Shown piece after piece: positions 17,542 to 26,869 of a stretch of DNA of 51,828 bases (position 1 is its first letter; every line of letters begins with the position of its first letter). Below the pieces are notes generated by a model. That model worked only from the letters and a program-made list of their open reading frames with translations, did not search any database and was not told the DNA's origin. The DNA is from Minisyncoccia bacterium (GTDB taxonomy: Bacteria > Patescibacteriota > Minisyncoccia > Phycocordibacterales > UBA6065), in assembly GCA_044233485.1 (NCBI GenBank), contig JBIIJY010000002.1, forward strand, positions 74,047 to 125,874, written 5' to 3'. A program made the translations under genes and the position numbers.

Positions 17542-18588
17542 ATGACAAATATACGTACACCCTTTGCCTGGATGCTCGCCATTACTACTGTTGGCTGGAT
17601 CGTACTTGCCGGACTCACCTTCGTCAGTGTTCGAAATGCCGCTCGTAACGAGGCAGCGCTGCATGAACCTGTGAACATGGCACCTGCCAAGCTCACTTTC
17701 CGACGTGAGGTATTTGCTGATGAAAAGCTGATTCAGCAAAACGAAACTCTTCCAGAGAAAGGAGTAAAGATGGCTTTCATTGCAGACCAAAGCCTCAACA
17801 AGGATGCTCGTGAAGTGCTCCGCCTCATTGATAAAGAAAATGCGGAGGCTCTCACCATCTCAGGTGACTTTGACTATGCCAATAACCCAGTCGCTTGGGT
17901 GACACAGATCAACTCAATTCTCGGCGAGGACTTCCCTCTCTTTGGTTCAATCGGAAATCATGATCTTGAACAGATTTGGGAATATCAGAGTATCCTCGCA
18001 ACACGAGCAAAGACTGTCGGAGCGGCATGTACAGGAAACATTGGTGTAAAGTCACACTGTCTATTCAAGGGTGTTCAGATTGTATCGACAGCACCAGGCC
18101 TTGTACCAGACACCAACTACCCTGAATATATCAAGAACACTCTTCAGGCTTCAAATGCGCGGGCAAAGGTTTGTTCATTCCACTCAAATGCCGACGCTTT
18201 CCAGGCTGGCGGTCATGACTCAGACTATATTGGCACAGATATCTACGATGCCTGTCGTGAAGGAGGTGCTTGGAGTATCAGTGGCCACTCACACAACTAC
18301 CTTCGAACAAAATCGATCTCTAACTTTGCACAAAAGACAGTGGCTCCTACCGACAAGAAAGTTCTCGAAGTTGGAAATGGCAAAGGCTTCCATGTGACAA
18401 ACGGACTCGGTGGACGAGAGCGCTATGCAGTGACAAAGTACGCATCAACCTCCCCTTACATCGCAACAACTTTCGGTGATGCCCCTGGCGCCCTCTTCTG
18501 CACATTCAAGACAACTGGCACTACCTGTGCGTTCAAGAATATCAAGGGTGAAGTGAAGGATACATTCACCGTCGCGTATACGAACTAG
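17542..18588 (+). CDS. Membrane-anchored calcineurin-like metallophosphoesterase
   Basis: N-terminal TM helix. Motifs IADQS...GDFDY...GNHD...GHSHNY. TATACT at 17529-17534 lies 7 nt upstream of the ATG. Confidence 0.7.
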   Translation: MTNIRTPFAWMLAITTVGWIVLAGLTFVSVRNAARNEAALHEPVNMAPAKLTFRREVFADEKLIQQNETLPEKGVKMAFIADQSLNKDAREVLRLIDKENAEALTISGDFDYANNPVAWVTQINSILGEDFPLFGSIGNHDLEQIWEYQSILATRAKTVGAACTGNIGVKSHCLFKGVQIVSTAPGLVPDTNYPEYIKNTLQASNARAKVCSFHSNADAFQAGGHDSDYIGTDIYDACREGGAWSISGHSHNYLRTKSISNFAQKTVAPTDKKVLEVGNGKGFHVTNGLGGRERYAVTKYASTSPYIATTFGDAPGALFCTFKTTGTTCAFKNIKGEVKDTFTVAYTN

Positions 18589-19493
18589 GTTCTAGTGTGA
18601 TAACGTAGCGCCGACACCCATTCTCGAAACTTGTACGGCAAATACGTGTGATACAGGGTCTTACAGAAGGACAGCACTCCACTCCATCGAGGGCGGAGTG
18701 TTTTGCTATAGACCTGACTCCAATACAGAGCATACTCGTTTCTAAATGGGTGTCGGGCAGCGTACTGCCACGGCTTTAAATAGGTATTGAAATGCACTAT
18801 ATGCGGATTAGAAAGTTCCTCATCTTCCAAATACCACTTACCCGCTCGCTGATAATCTGGAGTCATGGCATTGTATCGACGAGGGAGCTCCTGCCAGGTA
18901 TGTTTGAAAAAGATATTCAAAACATCTTGATCATGAAAACGGAGAGTATGGTGAGCTGGCACCGAGATAATTTCCTCAGTAATCTGATCGAGGTTAAAAA
19001 CGCACACACCGGAATTTAGATACCTTGTAACCCCCTCCCCAAGATACGAAAAATCACGGACTCCCTTGTCAGTCACTGCATAGAGGGGGGCGACTCGAGA
19101 AGAATTCAGGAGCGAGCGAAGTTCTCTGCGCACCAATACATCACCGTCGAGATACAGCACCTGCTTCGCTTTGCCTTTAAAGATCTTTGGTATAGCCAGA
19201 CGCGCATAGGCGACCCGACTGATATGCCCACTCACTGGATATGAATTGAAATCTGGCAAATAACCATCCAGCGCGCAAATGTCGACCCCCCACTTGTCGC
19301 ATGTATTGATAAAATTGTCGACCTTTTCCGCTGATACAGCATCAAACATAACAACAATCCCTGACCCAAAATCAAGACCAGAATTTTTGACGAGTGAATA
19401 GAGTGCTACTAATGTATACGGAATGTATTTCTCATCCGTCGCAAAACAAATATAATATGGTAATACACTCAGTGAAGCGAGACTACGACGCAT
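18585..19493 (-). CDS. Family-8 glycosyltransferase (LgtC/RfaJ-like)
   Basis: ICFATDEKYIPYTLVALYSL, YARLAIPKIF, the DxD in VLYLDGDVLV, and YLNSGVCVFNL. Confidence 0.7.
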   Translation of the reverse strand: MRRSLASLSVLPYYICFATDEKYIPYTLVALYSLVKNSGLDFGSGIVVMFDAVSAEKVDNFINTCDKWGVDICALDGYLPDFNSYPVSGHISRVAYARLAIPKIFKGKAKQVLYLDGDVLVRRELRSLLNSSRVAPLYAVTDKGVRDFSYLGEGVTRYLNSGVCVFNLDQITEEIISVPAHHTLRFHDQDVLNIFFKHTWQELPRRYNAMTPDYQRAGKWYLEDEELSNPHIVHFNTYLKPWQYAARHPFRNEYALYWSQVYSKTLRPRWSGVLSFCKTLYHTYLPYKFREWVSALRYHTRT

Positions 19494-19512
19494 ACTGACA
19501 CAGTATCACGCT

Positions 19513-20595
19513 ATGCGACACCGACACAAGAATACAAGTACTTCCCTAGACATCTCCTCAGTTGCGGTCGACATTGTCGTCCCGGTGTATAACGGTGAAC
19601 GTTTTATCATCGAAGCACTCGAATCGGTGCGGAATCAAACTCATCAGAATTTTTTCTGCTATATCGTTGACGACGGCTCGACCGACTCGACTAGCGCTCT
19701 ACTCAAGGAATACCTCTCACTCCACAATGACGGGAGATTTATTGCGCTCTATCAAAAAAATAGCGGTCAGGCACGGGCACGAAATGTCGGAATGAAATCC
19801 GGAAAATCTGATTATATTTTCTTTCTTGATGCCGATGATACGTATGGCCAGAACCACCTTGAAGCAAGTATTACGCTCTTAGGTAGAGAGAAAGGGCTCG
19901 GTGGCACCTATACTCGTTTTTTACTTCATCCCGACTCTGTCGATAATCGAAAGAGTCCGCACCAGAATAATTACTATTACAACAAGATCACTACGCCACC
20001 CGAGTCAATTAGCACAGCTACAGATATACTCAAGTATCATCCGTTTATCACGAGTCCAACCGTTCTTTCAATCAGACGAAGTGTCTTAGAAAAAATTGGT
20101 TACTTCGATGAGAATCTACGCGGTCCAGAGGATACCGATTTTCTTATGCGCATTTGCACAAAGTACACACTCGGATTTGTACCTGGGGGTTTGGTCTACA
20201 TTCGGATACATGCCCAGAGCTTCACACTTCGGCGAGGAATTTTTAAAAATTATCTAGCACTCGCAGAGAAACACCGCGTCCTACTGTCGAGTAGTCCTTC
20301 CCATGCACGGTTAATTGGAAATTTTATTGCATCGACATTAGTCGAATCACCTAAGATCACTCTAACAAATTATCAAGAGTACCGAAGAGTTTCTCCGCAG
20401 CAGGTACACGCCATACTTTTCCCTGGCTTCTGTAGCCTTGAGTTTTATATGATTCGCGCTTTTATAAAAAACAAAGTCAGTCCAAATCTTAATGTACGGT
20501 ATTGCATCATCTTTTTAAAGAACCACCTCCCTCCTTTTCTCTACGTATCTTTGCGTTCCGTATGGCGAAAGTGTCGGTCGAAGTCTTCCACGTAG
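19513..20595 (+). CDS. Family-2 glycosyltransferase
   Basis: VDIVVPVYNGERFIIEALESVRNQTHQNFFCYIVDDGSTDST and FLDADD. The 3' end overlaps the convergent ABC gene by 89 nt. Confidence 0.75.
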   Translation: MRHRHKNTSTSLDISSVAVDIVVPVYNGERFIIEALESVRNQTHQNFFCYIVDDGSTDSTSALLKEYLSLHNDGRFIALYQKNSGQARARNVGMKSGKSDYIFFLDADDTYGQNHLEASITLLGREKGLGGTYTRFLLHPDSVDNRKSPHQNNYYYNKITTPPESISTATDILKYHPFITSPTVLSIRRSVLEKIGYFDENLRGPEDTDFLMRICTKYTLGFVPGGLVYIRIHAQSFTLRRGIFKNYLALAEKHRVLLSSSPSHARLIGNFIASTLVESPKITLTNYQEYRRVSPQQVHAILFPGFCSLEFYMIRAFIKNKVSPNLNVRYCIIFLKNHLPPFLYVSLRSVWRKCRSKSST

Positions 20596-21835
20596 TATAG
20601 TCAAGCCGATCAAGCTGACGTGCGAGTACTTGTTGTTTTTCAGATGACATATGAGCGTGTTCATAAATAAGAGCTCTTGGGAGATTCTTTTGTTTTAAGG
20701 CGGTTAAAACGATTTCATAATCAACCCCTTCACAATCGATTGCTAATAGATCTACTCTCGGGAAGTTATTGGTTTTAACTATAGTATCGAGTGTATGCAC
20801 GGGTACGGTGATTGGGATGATCTGCTCACGGAGCCCAGAGACGTACTGCTCATGAGAGAGAATCGTCTCTTTGTTGAAAGAAGCGAGCTCTGCGCACCAA
20901 GGCGGAATCCCACTACCAGGCCGGACTACATAGAGCTCACGAGTGCAATCTTGATTACCAAGAGCAACTGGTAGGCACGTCACCCCTACTATACCTTCAT
21001 AGTTTCCGACGAGCTGTGCGAAATTTTTCGGCTCTGGCTCGAGACAGAGAAGTTTGAAATTCGCACCAGAAAGTAACGGTCTGACAAAATCATTTGAGAC
21101 TCCATCAAAAGCTCCGGCCTGAACAACATGTAGCTTCGAACCTTGTGTGACCTCAAAGAGTTTTGTCTTAAATTCTTCATACTGACAGTATTCATGATAT
21201 GTAAGCTTCTGCAGACTAATCACCCGGGCGCCCAGCGTGCCGAAAATTTCTGTGGCATGCGAGGTGACGATGACCGTCAGGTTTCGGTCTTTAGATCGTA
21301 GTGCATCAATACACTTCTTCTGGAACTCGTAATCGCCGACGGCAAACACTTCATCAAGAATCAAAATATCTGCCGGAATATGCATAACTAGTGAAAAACT
21401 TAGTCGAGCAATCATTCCCGACGAATAGTATTTCGTCGGTAATTCTATCCACTCACCTAATCCAGAGAAATCGACAATCGACTGAAGTCGAGACTTGATT
21501 TCAGCGTGTGAAAGCCCATATAAACTCCCAATTATATAGATGTTATCAAGACCCGAAAGATCTCTGTGCAGACCAGCATCAAGCTCAAGAAGCGCTACCA
21601 CTCGACCACCAACACGGATCGTACCTTGTGAAGGCGGAATGATTCCTGAAATCATTTTCAGTAGCGTAGATTTTCCAGAGCCATTTACTCCATGAAAGCC
21701 GATAATTTCTCCTTTTCGGATATTGCACGAGAGTGACGCTAGCCCCATCGTAGGCTCCTTTGACATAAAGCCATGCGAACCTGGAGTGTATGGGTGAAAT
21801 ACCTTAGTCACATTTTCTAGTTGGATACTATACAT
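20507..21835 (-). CDS. Polysaccharide-export ABC transporter ATP-binding protein (Wzt/TagH-like) fused to a C-terminal FkbM-type methyltransferase domain
   Basis: Walker A GVNGSGKSTLLK, signature YSSGMIARLSF, Walker B ILILDEVFAVGD. The second half has VVQAGAFDGVSNDF...LCLEPEPKNFAQL...LLAIDCEGVDYEIV, which is typical of Methyltransf_21/FkbM. Confidence 0.75.
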   Translation of the reverse strand: MYSIQLENVTKVFHPYTPGSHGFMSKEPTMGLASLSCNIRKGEIIGFHGVNGSGKSTLLKMISGIIPPSQGTIRVGGRVVALLELDAGLHRDLSGLDNIYIIGSLYGLSHAEIKSRLQSIVDFSGLGEWIELPTKYYSSGMIARLSFSLVMHIPADILILDEVFAVGDYEFQKKCIDALRSKDRNLTVIVTSHATEIFGTLGARVISLQKLTYHEYCQYEEFKTKLFEVTQGSKLHVVQAGAFDGVSNDFVRPLLSGANFKLLCLEPEPKNFAQLVGNYEGIVGVTCLPVALGNQDCTRELYVVRPGSGIPPWCAELASFNKETILSHEQYVSGLREQIIPITVPVHTLDTIVKTNNFPRVDLLAIDCEGVDYEIVLTALKQKNLPRALIYEHAHMSSEKQQVLARQLDRLDYTTWKTSTDTFAIRNAKIRREKEGGGSLKR

Positions 21836-21837
21836 AT

Positions 21838-22641
21838 CTAGATTTTTTCAGGAATTAAACCTTCGTATTTATAAAAGATAAATACTCCGACAAGTGCACT
21901 CAGGGCCGCCACCGCAAAACAAGCAATTGTCAGCGCGAGTGAGTATTCATCTCGAATTATCCCTATCGCGCTAGTCACTGGATTGAATGCCAGGAGTACT
22001 TTTGCCCACAATGGGAATGAGGTGATGGTAAAAGCAATTGGCGCCGAGACAAACATAACTTGTGTAATAAACGGAATTACATTTCCAATATCTTTTTTTT
22101 CAACATTAATGCGCGCCATAAGTAGCGAAAAGCCAGTGATGAAAAAATATACACCGACGGCCGTAAGCACATAAGGGAAAAGTGGCACCTCTCCCTGAAC
22201 TCCCGCAAGCCAGCCAGCGACATAGACCACGAGCACAACAGCGAGAAAATCAATCATGCGCAGCACACTGTGGGCAATCGGGATAAATATTTTCGGAAAA
22301 GCGATCTTCTTAATAATTGAGACATCGTAGTGTAGAGACTCGCTCACGTCGGAGAGGATTGACTGCGCAAGAAACCAAATCAAATATAGACAGAGGATTT
22401 GAAAAAAACTTTGCCCGCCCACTCCTATGAAGACAGACACACCTTGCGCGAGTGCTGCATATATGAGTGCCGGGAACAACGGACGGACGATAGCCCAAAG
22501 GACTCCAAAATAGCTCTGCTTGAGCCGGAGACGAAAAAGTCTCCAGATAAAAAAGAGCAACATCTCCCGATGTTTAATTAGTTTGATCAAGTAACTTTTG
22601 AATGTTTCCGGTTTATTTGAGTATGTTATTTCAGCCTCCAT
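21838..22641 (-). CDS. ABC-2 type polysaccharide-export permease (Wzm/TagG-like)
   Basis: Six-TM pattern, immediately upstream of the ATPase gene with a 2-nt gap. I chose the ATG at 22641; the track's first codon is GTG at 22644. Confidence 0.7.
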   Translation of the reverse strand: MEAEITYSNKPETFKSYLIKLIKHREMLLFFIWRLFRLRLKQSYFGVLWAIVRPLFPALIYAALAQGVSVFIGVGGQSFFQILCLYLIWFLAQSILSDVSESLHYDVSIIKKIAFPKIFIPIAHSVLRMIDFLAVVLVVYVAGWLAGVQGEVPLFPYVLTAVGVYFFITGFSLLMARINVEKKDIGNVIPFITQVMFVSAPIAFTITSFPLWAKVLLAFNPVTSAIGIIRDEYSLALTIACFAVAALSALVGVFIFYKYEGLIPEKI

Positions 22642-22658
22642 CACGCTATAGTATACCC

Positions 22659-23477
22659 ATGGCAGTTGCCCGCAAACAATCTATCGACGTCTATATCATT
22701 GTGTCCAAACTAGTGCCAGAGACAGCCCGAAATATAACCACCCTCCTCTCAATCCCTGAAATCACCAGTATTTCTTTACTCTGGAACGGAGTAACGAGGC
22801 TTAAAACTCTACCTTTCGTTCATGAGCGAACGCATCATACCGACTCAAGTAAACGACTCCCTGTGGCACAGGCACGCAATACTCTGCTTAAAACATTCCC
22901 ACCTCAGAGTGATCTTATCTTTTGGATGGATGAAGATGCATACGTAGAGACGTGTAATTTGGAGGAGCTCTTTGAGTTTTTACAAACTCACCAAAAGGCT
23001 GGAGTCATTGGCCCACGACTCATCTACCCTGACGGCACACCTCAAGAATCAGCCAGACTCTTCCAGACACCCTGGATACTTGCCTTGCGACTGGTCTCAC
23101 GAATCATCAACTACCAATTCACACGAGTACAAAAATCACTCTTCCCTATTCCAGACACAACTCAAGCATATCCGGTCGACTGGCTCCTCGGTGCGAGCCA
23201 CCTCTACACTCGCGACTTGTTTGAAACTATTGGCACCTACGACGAGTTCTATACCCGTACCTATGATGATGTTGAATTTTCACAGCGAGCCTTCAAGGCA
23301 GGCTATGTAAACTACTACGTACCATTTGCCCTAGTGGTTCACACATACTCGAAATCAAGCCAACGACTCTGGTCGAGAGAATTCTTTCGTCACCTGAAAG
23401 ACGCTTGCTATTTTTTCATCTCCCGCGCGCGCATCGCACTGAGTTCACCTTCAAGTCGACGAAGTTCAAGAACCTGA
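22659..23477 (+). CDS. Family-2-like glycosyltransferase
   Basis: DEDAYVE (DxD-like), IGPRLIYPDGTPQESAR, VDWLLGASHLYTRDLFETIGTYDE. I chose the ATG at 22659 because TATAGT at 22647-22652 lies 6 nt upstream. The track start at 22602 overlaps the divergent permease. Confidence 0.6.
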   Translation: MAVARKQSIDVYIIVSKLVPETARNITTLLSIPEITSISLLWNGVTRLKTLPFVHERTHHTDSSKRLPVAQARNTLLKTFPPQSDLIFWMDEDAYVETCNLEELFEFLQTHQKAGVIGPRLIYPDGTPQESARLFQTPWILALRLVSRIINYQFTRVQKSLFPIPDTTQAYPVDWLLGASHLYTRDLFETIGTYDEFYTRTYDDVEFSQRAFKAGYVNYYVPFALVVHTYSKSSQRLWSREFFRHLKDACYFFISRARIALSSPSSRRSSRT

Positions 23478-25246
23478 ACTCGGTAGAATTCTTTTTTCGG
23501 ATCACCCCACCAGTCATTTTGGAATACTTCATCAGGGAAGTAGACAATTCCTTCTCGAATCACCTTAAGTGCCTCATCATAGTTTCCGGTCAGAATTAAT
23601 TTTCGTACCAAGGAGAGACGGAAGTCGAGCCCGAGCACCGGAGTGTATCGGACCGACTGACGCAAGTGAGCGAGCGAAAGCTCATCACGACCACTCACGT
23701 CAGCATACCGAGAGAGGAGTTCAAACCCAGATGAATACTGTGGTCGTAGACTCGAGACAAGTATCATCAAGGCATTGCCCCCTTCTTGATACACCTGAGG
23801 ATCCTCAAGCCCCCGAAGGCCGATATTCATCAACGCTTCGGTATTTAACGGAAAAAGTCGTCGGGCAGTTTGTGAAAAAGAATAAGCAATCTCTGGCGTA
23901 CGAGCAGTCTTTGCCGCCTCTGAATAGACAAAAGACTGCATGAGAAGAAATCCGATACACAGGAGTGCGAAGTAGACAGTGAGCAGCACTCGAGAGCTGA
24001 CTACACTACACTCCGCTTTTGTATCCCGAGCGAGCATCTCTTGAAGAAGTACCAAGAAGACAATACTCGAGAGTGGAAACATTCCATGTACATCGATTGC
24101 GAAATGTAGTACGAAGGCACACACCAGCACAAAGAGAATAGTCTCGGATTGCTCGAGTGAGCGTCGACTTCGATACAGACTCACCACATAGAATCCAAAT
24201 AGTCCGAGCGTGAGGATCAAAAAGAGCAGCCCGCCAAGCACCCCAAGTTCTGCAAAATACCGAAGGTAGAGATTATGTGGATCATTGGTACTGTACACCA
24301 CACTATCTCGATACTGCCGCTCTGCATCCCAATACGCTCCCGCACCGACTCCGAAAAGAGGATGTGCTTCAACTACACGTAAAGCCACTCTCATGTACTC
24401 TAGTCGTGAGGTTAAGGCATTCATTTCGACTGTCTCACCTGGATATAATTCCGCTCGAGTAGAACTCGCTCCTGTTCCCCCGGGAGTATAGACTCGCGCC
24501 ATATAGACACCATAGGCTGCAATAAATGCACAAAGTAAAAAGAGAGCGCCCCTTCCCATCCGCTTCCATTCGACTCGAATCGACTTTTTCTGCCACCAAG
24601 CAATAAACCCTGCGCCAGCTAGAGCGGCGAAGAGTGCGAGTAGTGCCCCGCGTGAGAGGGTCAGGAGTAGACCGACAACATGCAAAAAGAGTGTAGAGAG
24701 GTAGAGCCACTTCGACCACCCTCGCCAGGTTCTCTGTCCCAATAAAATCAGACCGATCGCGAGTCCGACTACAAGTATCATCGCGTATGCGTTGTGCTGA
24801 AAGAGCACCCCTTCGAAACGTAATCGTGCTGGATCACTCACCAAAAAATAGAGCACATATCCGGCAATGAGCGCGACGGTAGAAGCAAAGTAGCCACTGC
24901 ACAACAACTTCATACCACCCCCTTCCACAGAACGTCGATAACTTGTGGCGATGACCAGAATCCCAAGAGTCACTACCGTCCACACAGTGGTGATCACTGT
25001 CGCCTCTGTATGTATTGAATACAGCAGGCTCACGGCTGAAAGTATTACAATACCTGCCCAGAACTTTGACACTATCCCGACTTGTAGCGACACACCTCGT
25101 CGGACCAGAATCCACAGGAGGACAAAGACATGAGCCGGAACAATGAAGAGTGCCATCGTGAGGCGCCCTCCAGCGGTAAAGAGCAATGAGAGCCAGAGTG
25201 TGGTAAGAAGAATCTCGAAGACGTTTTTCCGGAAAAGTTCAATCAT
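23408..25246 (-). CDS. O-antigen ligase/polymerase-like polytopic membrane protein with a C-terminal TPR-like region
   Basis: More than 10 TM helices. LTLSRGALLALFAALAG and NDPHNLYLRYFAELGVLGG (Wzy_C-type HNxxLxxxxExG). I chose the ATG at 25246; the track start is GTG at 25264. Confidence 0.7.
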   Translation of the reverse strand: MIELFRKNVFEILLTTLWLSLLFTAGGRLTMALFIVPAHVFVLLWILVRRGVSLQVGIVSKFWAGIVILSAVSLLYSIHTEATVITTVWTVVTLGILVIATSYRRSVEGGGMKLLCSGYFASTVALIAGYVLYFLVSDPARLRFEGVLFQHNAYAMILVVGLAIGLILLGQRTWRGWSKWLYLSTLFLHVVGLLLTLSRGALLALFAALAGAGFIAWWQKKSIRVEWKRMGRGALFLLCAFIAAYGVYMARVYTPGGTGASSTRAELYPGETVEMNALTSRLEYMRVALRVVEAHPLFGVGAGAYWDAERQYRDSVVYSTNDPHNLYLRYFAELGVLGGLLFLILTLGLFGFYVVSLYRSRRSLEQSETILFVLVCAFVLHFAIDVHGMFPLSSIVFLVLLQEMLARDTKAECSVVSSRVLLTVYFALLCIGFLLMQSFVYSEAAKTARTPEIAYSFSQTARRLFPLNTEALMNIGLRGLEDPQVYQEGGNALMILVSSLRPQYSSGFELLSRYADVSGRDELSLAHLRQSVRYTPVLGLDFRLSLVRKLILTGNYDEALKVIREGIVYFPDEVFQNDWWGDPKKEFYRVQVLELRRLEGELSAMRAREMKK

Positions 25247-25250
25247 ACTA

Positions 25251-26477
25251 CTAGTATGCACCACGTCCGAGAATAACGAGCGGTATCGTGTACATAATAA
25301 TCTTCAAATCAGTCCATACTGAGCGGGTCAAAATATAATACAGATCAAGTTCTATATGCTCTTGCAGGGGCACATCTTTACGACCAGAAACCTGCCAGAG
25401 TCCCGTCAGCCCAGGCTTCACTGAAAGCCGTAGTCGCTCCCACGCGACATAGTCATGAGTCAATTCAACAAGCTCTGGTCGAGGGCCAATGATCGACATA
25501 TCTCCTTTGAAAATGTTCCACATCTGTGGAAGCTCATCGAGCGAAAACCGGCGGAGCACTTTCCCAAGCACTGTCACTCGTTTTGAAACTTCTCCTTCGG
25601 TATAAACCTCACTCATTGAGCGAATCTTCCAAATCTTAAAGCGTTTGCCGAGATACCCTACTCGTTCCTGTGTAAAAAAGACCGCTGTTGCTGGTGCGAT
25701 GGACTCGTACAGACGAATACAGGCAATGAATGGACTCAGTACTGTAAGCGCACCGGCAGAGGCAGCGCAGTCCACTACCCGTCTCAGCACACGCTCAAAA
25801 CGAGTTGTCTGTAACATCTTTGCTCGACACAAAATCGACTGGAAAAGCACCTCAGAGCGTTCACCAGTAAACATATACGGATCAACATACACATCACATC
25901 CCGTCTGTAGAAGTCGGCCGAGTAATGGCAAAAGCGTCTTGTTACCACGTAGTGCAATTGTGAGACCCGGTCGCACATCTTTTTCATTACCAAACGCCAC
26001 AAGATCAAGTCCGAACGCTCGATACAGTGGTGACCGAGACGGAAATGAGCCGGCAATATAGACACGATCAAAAATCTCTCCCTGACTTGCCTTGCGCATT
26101 TGAATACGCTTGAAAACGAGACGAGCGACTGATCCACCAAGCCAGAGTAAGCAGAGCGCACCGACAAGTAGCAAGCGAGAACTTTCCGTTCTAAAGAGCA
26201 TGAGCCAAACCGACACCACCACTCCAGTCAAAGCGACGGTATGGGTAAATACTTTCCACTCGTCGAGCAGTCGCTCATACGTATATCCAGCATAGAGTCC
26301 TGTGGCCCGAGCAATGCCGAGATACACTCCAAATACCAGAGCCACAAAAATAATGTGAAATGCGATCTGCGGAAGTGACCCGAGTAATAAATCCCGTACG
26401 ACGATGAGTAGACAGAGCGAAATGGTGTAGAGAGCCCCATCGACAACATACTTACGGTGCAGTAGCCAGGTAAACAT
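25251..26477 (-). CDS. Polyprenyl-phosphate glycosyl-phosphotransferase (bacterial sugar transferase, WbaP-like)
   Basis: FTQERVGYLGKRFKIWKIRSM...LDELPQMWNIFKGDMSIIGPRPE. N-terminal TM helices. Confidence 0.85.
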   Translation of the reverse strand: MFTWLLHRKYVVDGALYTISLCLLIVVRDLLLGSLPQIAFHIIFVALVFGVYLGIARATGLYAGYTYERLLDEWKVFTHTVALTGVVVSVWLMLFRTESSRLLLVGALCLLWLGGSVARLVFKRIQMRKASQGEIFDRVYIAGSFPSRSPLYRAFGLDLVAFGNEKDVRPGLTIALRGNKTLLPLLGRLLQTGCDVYVDPYMFTGERSEVLFQSILCRAKMLQTTRFERVLRRVVDCAASAGALTVLSPFIACIRLYESIAPATAVFFTQERVGYLGKRFKIWKIRSMSEVYTEGEVSKRVTVLGKVLRRFSLDELPQMWNIFKGDMSIIGPRPELVELTHDYVAWERLRLSVKPGLTGLWQVSGRKDVPLQEHIELDLYYILTRSVWTDLKIIMYTIPLVILGRGAY

Positions 26478-26602
26478 ATACCGCTACTCTACTACACTCT
26501 AGAAACGGCATGTATAGAATATTTTTTCAAAAAATGGTAAAGTTTTGTCTGTGCAAGAGAGGCGCCTGATTTCTTTTGTACTCTGGAGAGCCTCATATAC
26601 AG

Positions 26603-26694
26603 GGAGACGTGGCTGAGCTGGCCGAAAGCGCCTCATTGCTAACGAGGTATCCCGCCTTAAAACGGGATCGGGGGTTCGAATCCCCCCGTCTCCG
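26603..26694 (+). tRNA. tRNA-Ser (anticodon GCU), class II with a long variable arm
   Basis: GGAGACG TG GCTG..AGC G CCTCA TTGCTAA CGAGG TATCCCGCCTTAAAACGGGATC GGGGG TTCGAAT CCCCC CGTCTCC G. There is an A31:C39 mismatch in my fold. No encoded CCA. Confidence 0.8.
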
Positions 26695-26846
26695 CAGGAG
26701 AAAATGTAACAGCGTTACATTTTAGAGAAAGCTCTAGGAGAGCTTTCGTGGGGGATTCGAAAACCTTTTGCGTATAATTTGCAATTTCCTGAGGTAAATT
26801 ATCCAAAAGGTGTACTGATCCTGTAAGGATCGAATCCCCAGGCACC
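26695..26846 (+). other. tRNA-Ser(GCU)-linked structured element, class B
   Basis: Hairpins at 26701-26723 and 26727-26747. GGGGGATTCGAA at 26750-26761 is the exact reverse complement of T-loop/3' T-stem 26675-26686. Nested hairpin 26764-26810. CGAATCCCC at 26831-26839 is a degenerate second copy of the tRNA 3' end. Confidence 0.7.
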
Positions 26847-26869
26847 TTTCTTCCCTATCAAAATACATT

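Noticed and set aside
20507-20595. The 89-nt convergent overlap of the GT2 (19513..20595) and ABC-FkbM (20507..21835) 3' ends, considered as a sign of mis-assembly or a frameshift
   Set aside because: Both reading frames remain protein-like up to their stops, and there is no obvious frame break. It is noted, but I cannot distinguish a real overlap from a slightly extended ORF without homologue alignments.
26812-26840. A possible hammerhead-like core (CTGAT...GGATCGAA) inside element E1
   Set aside because: The CUGAnGA box is not followed by a proper stem II, and the GAAA box is missing, so the conserved core cannot be completed. I also found no twister, pistol or hatchet-like pattern I could justify.
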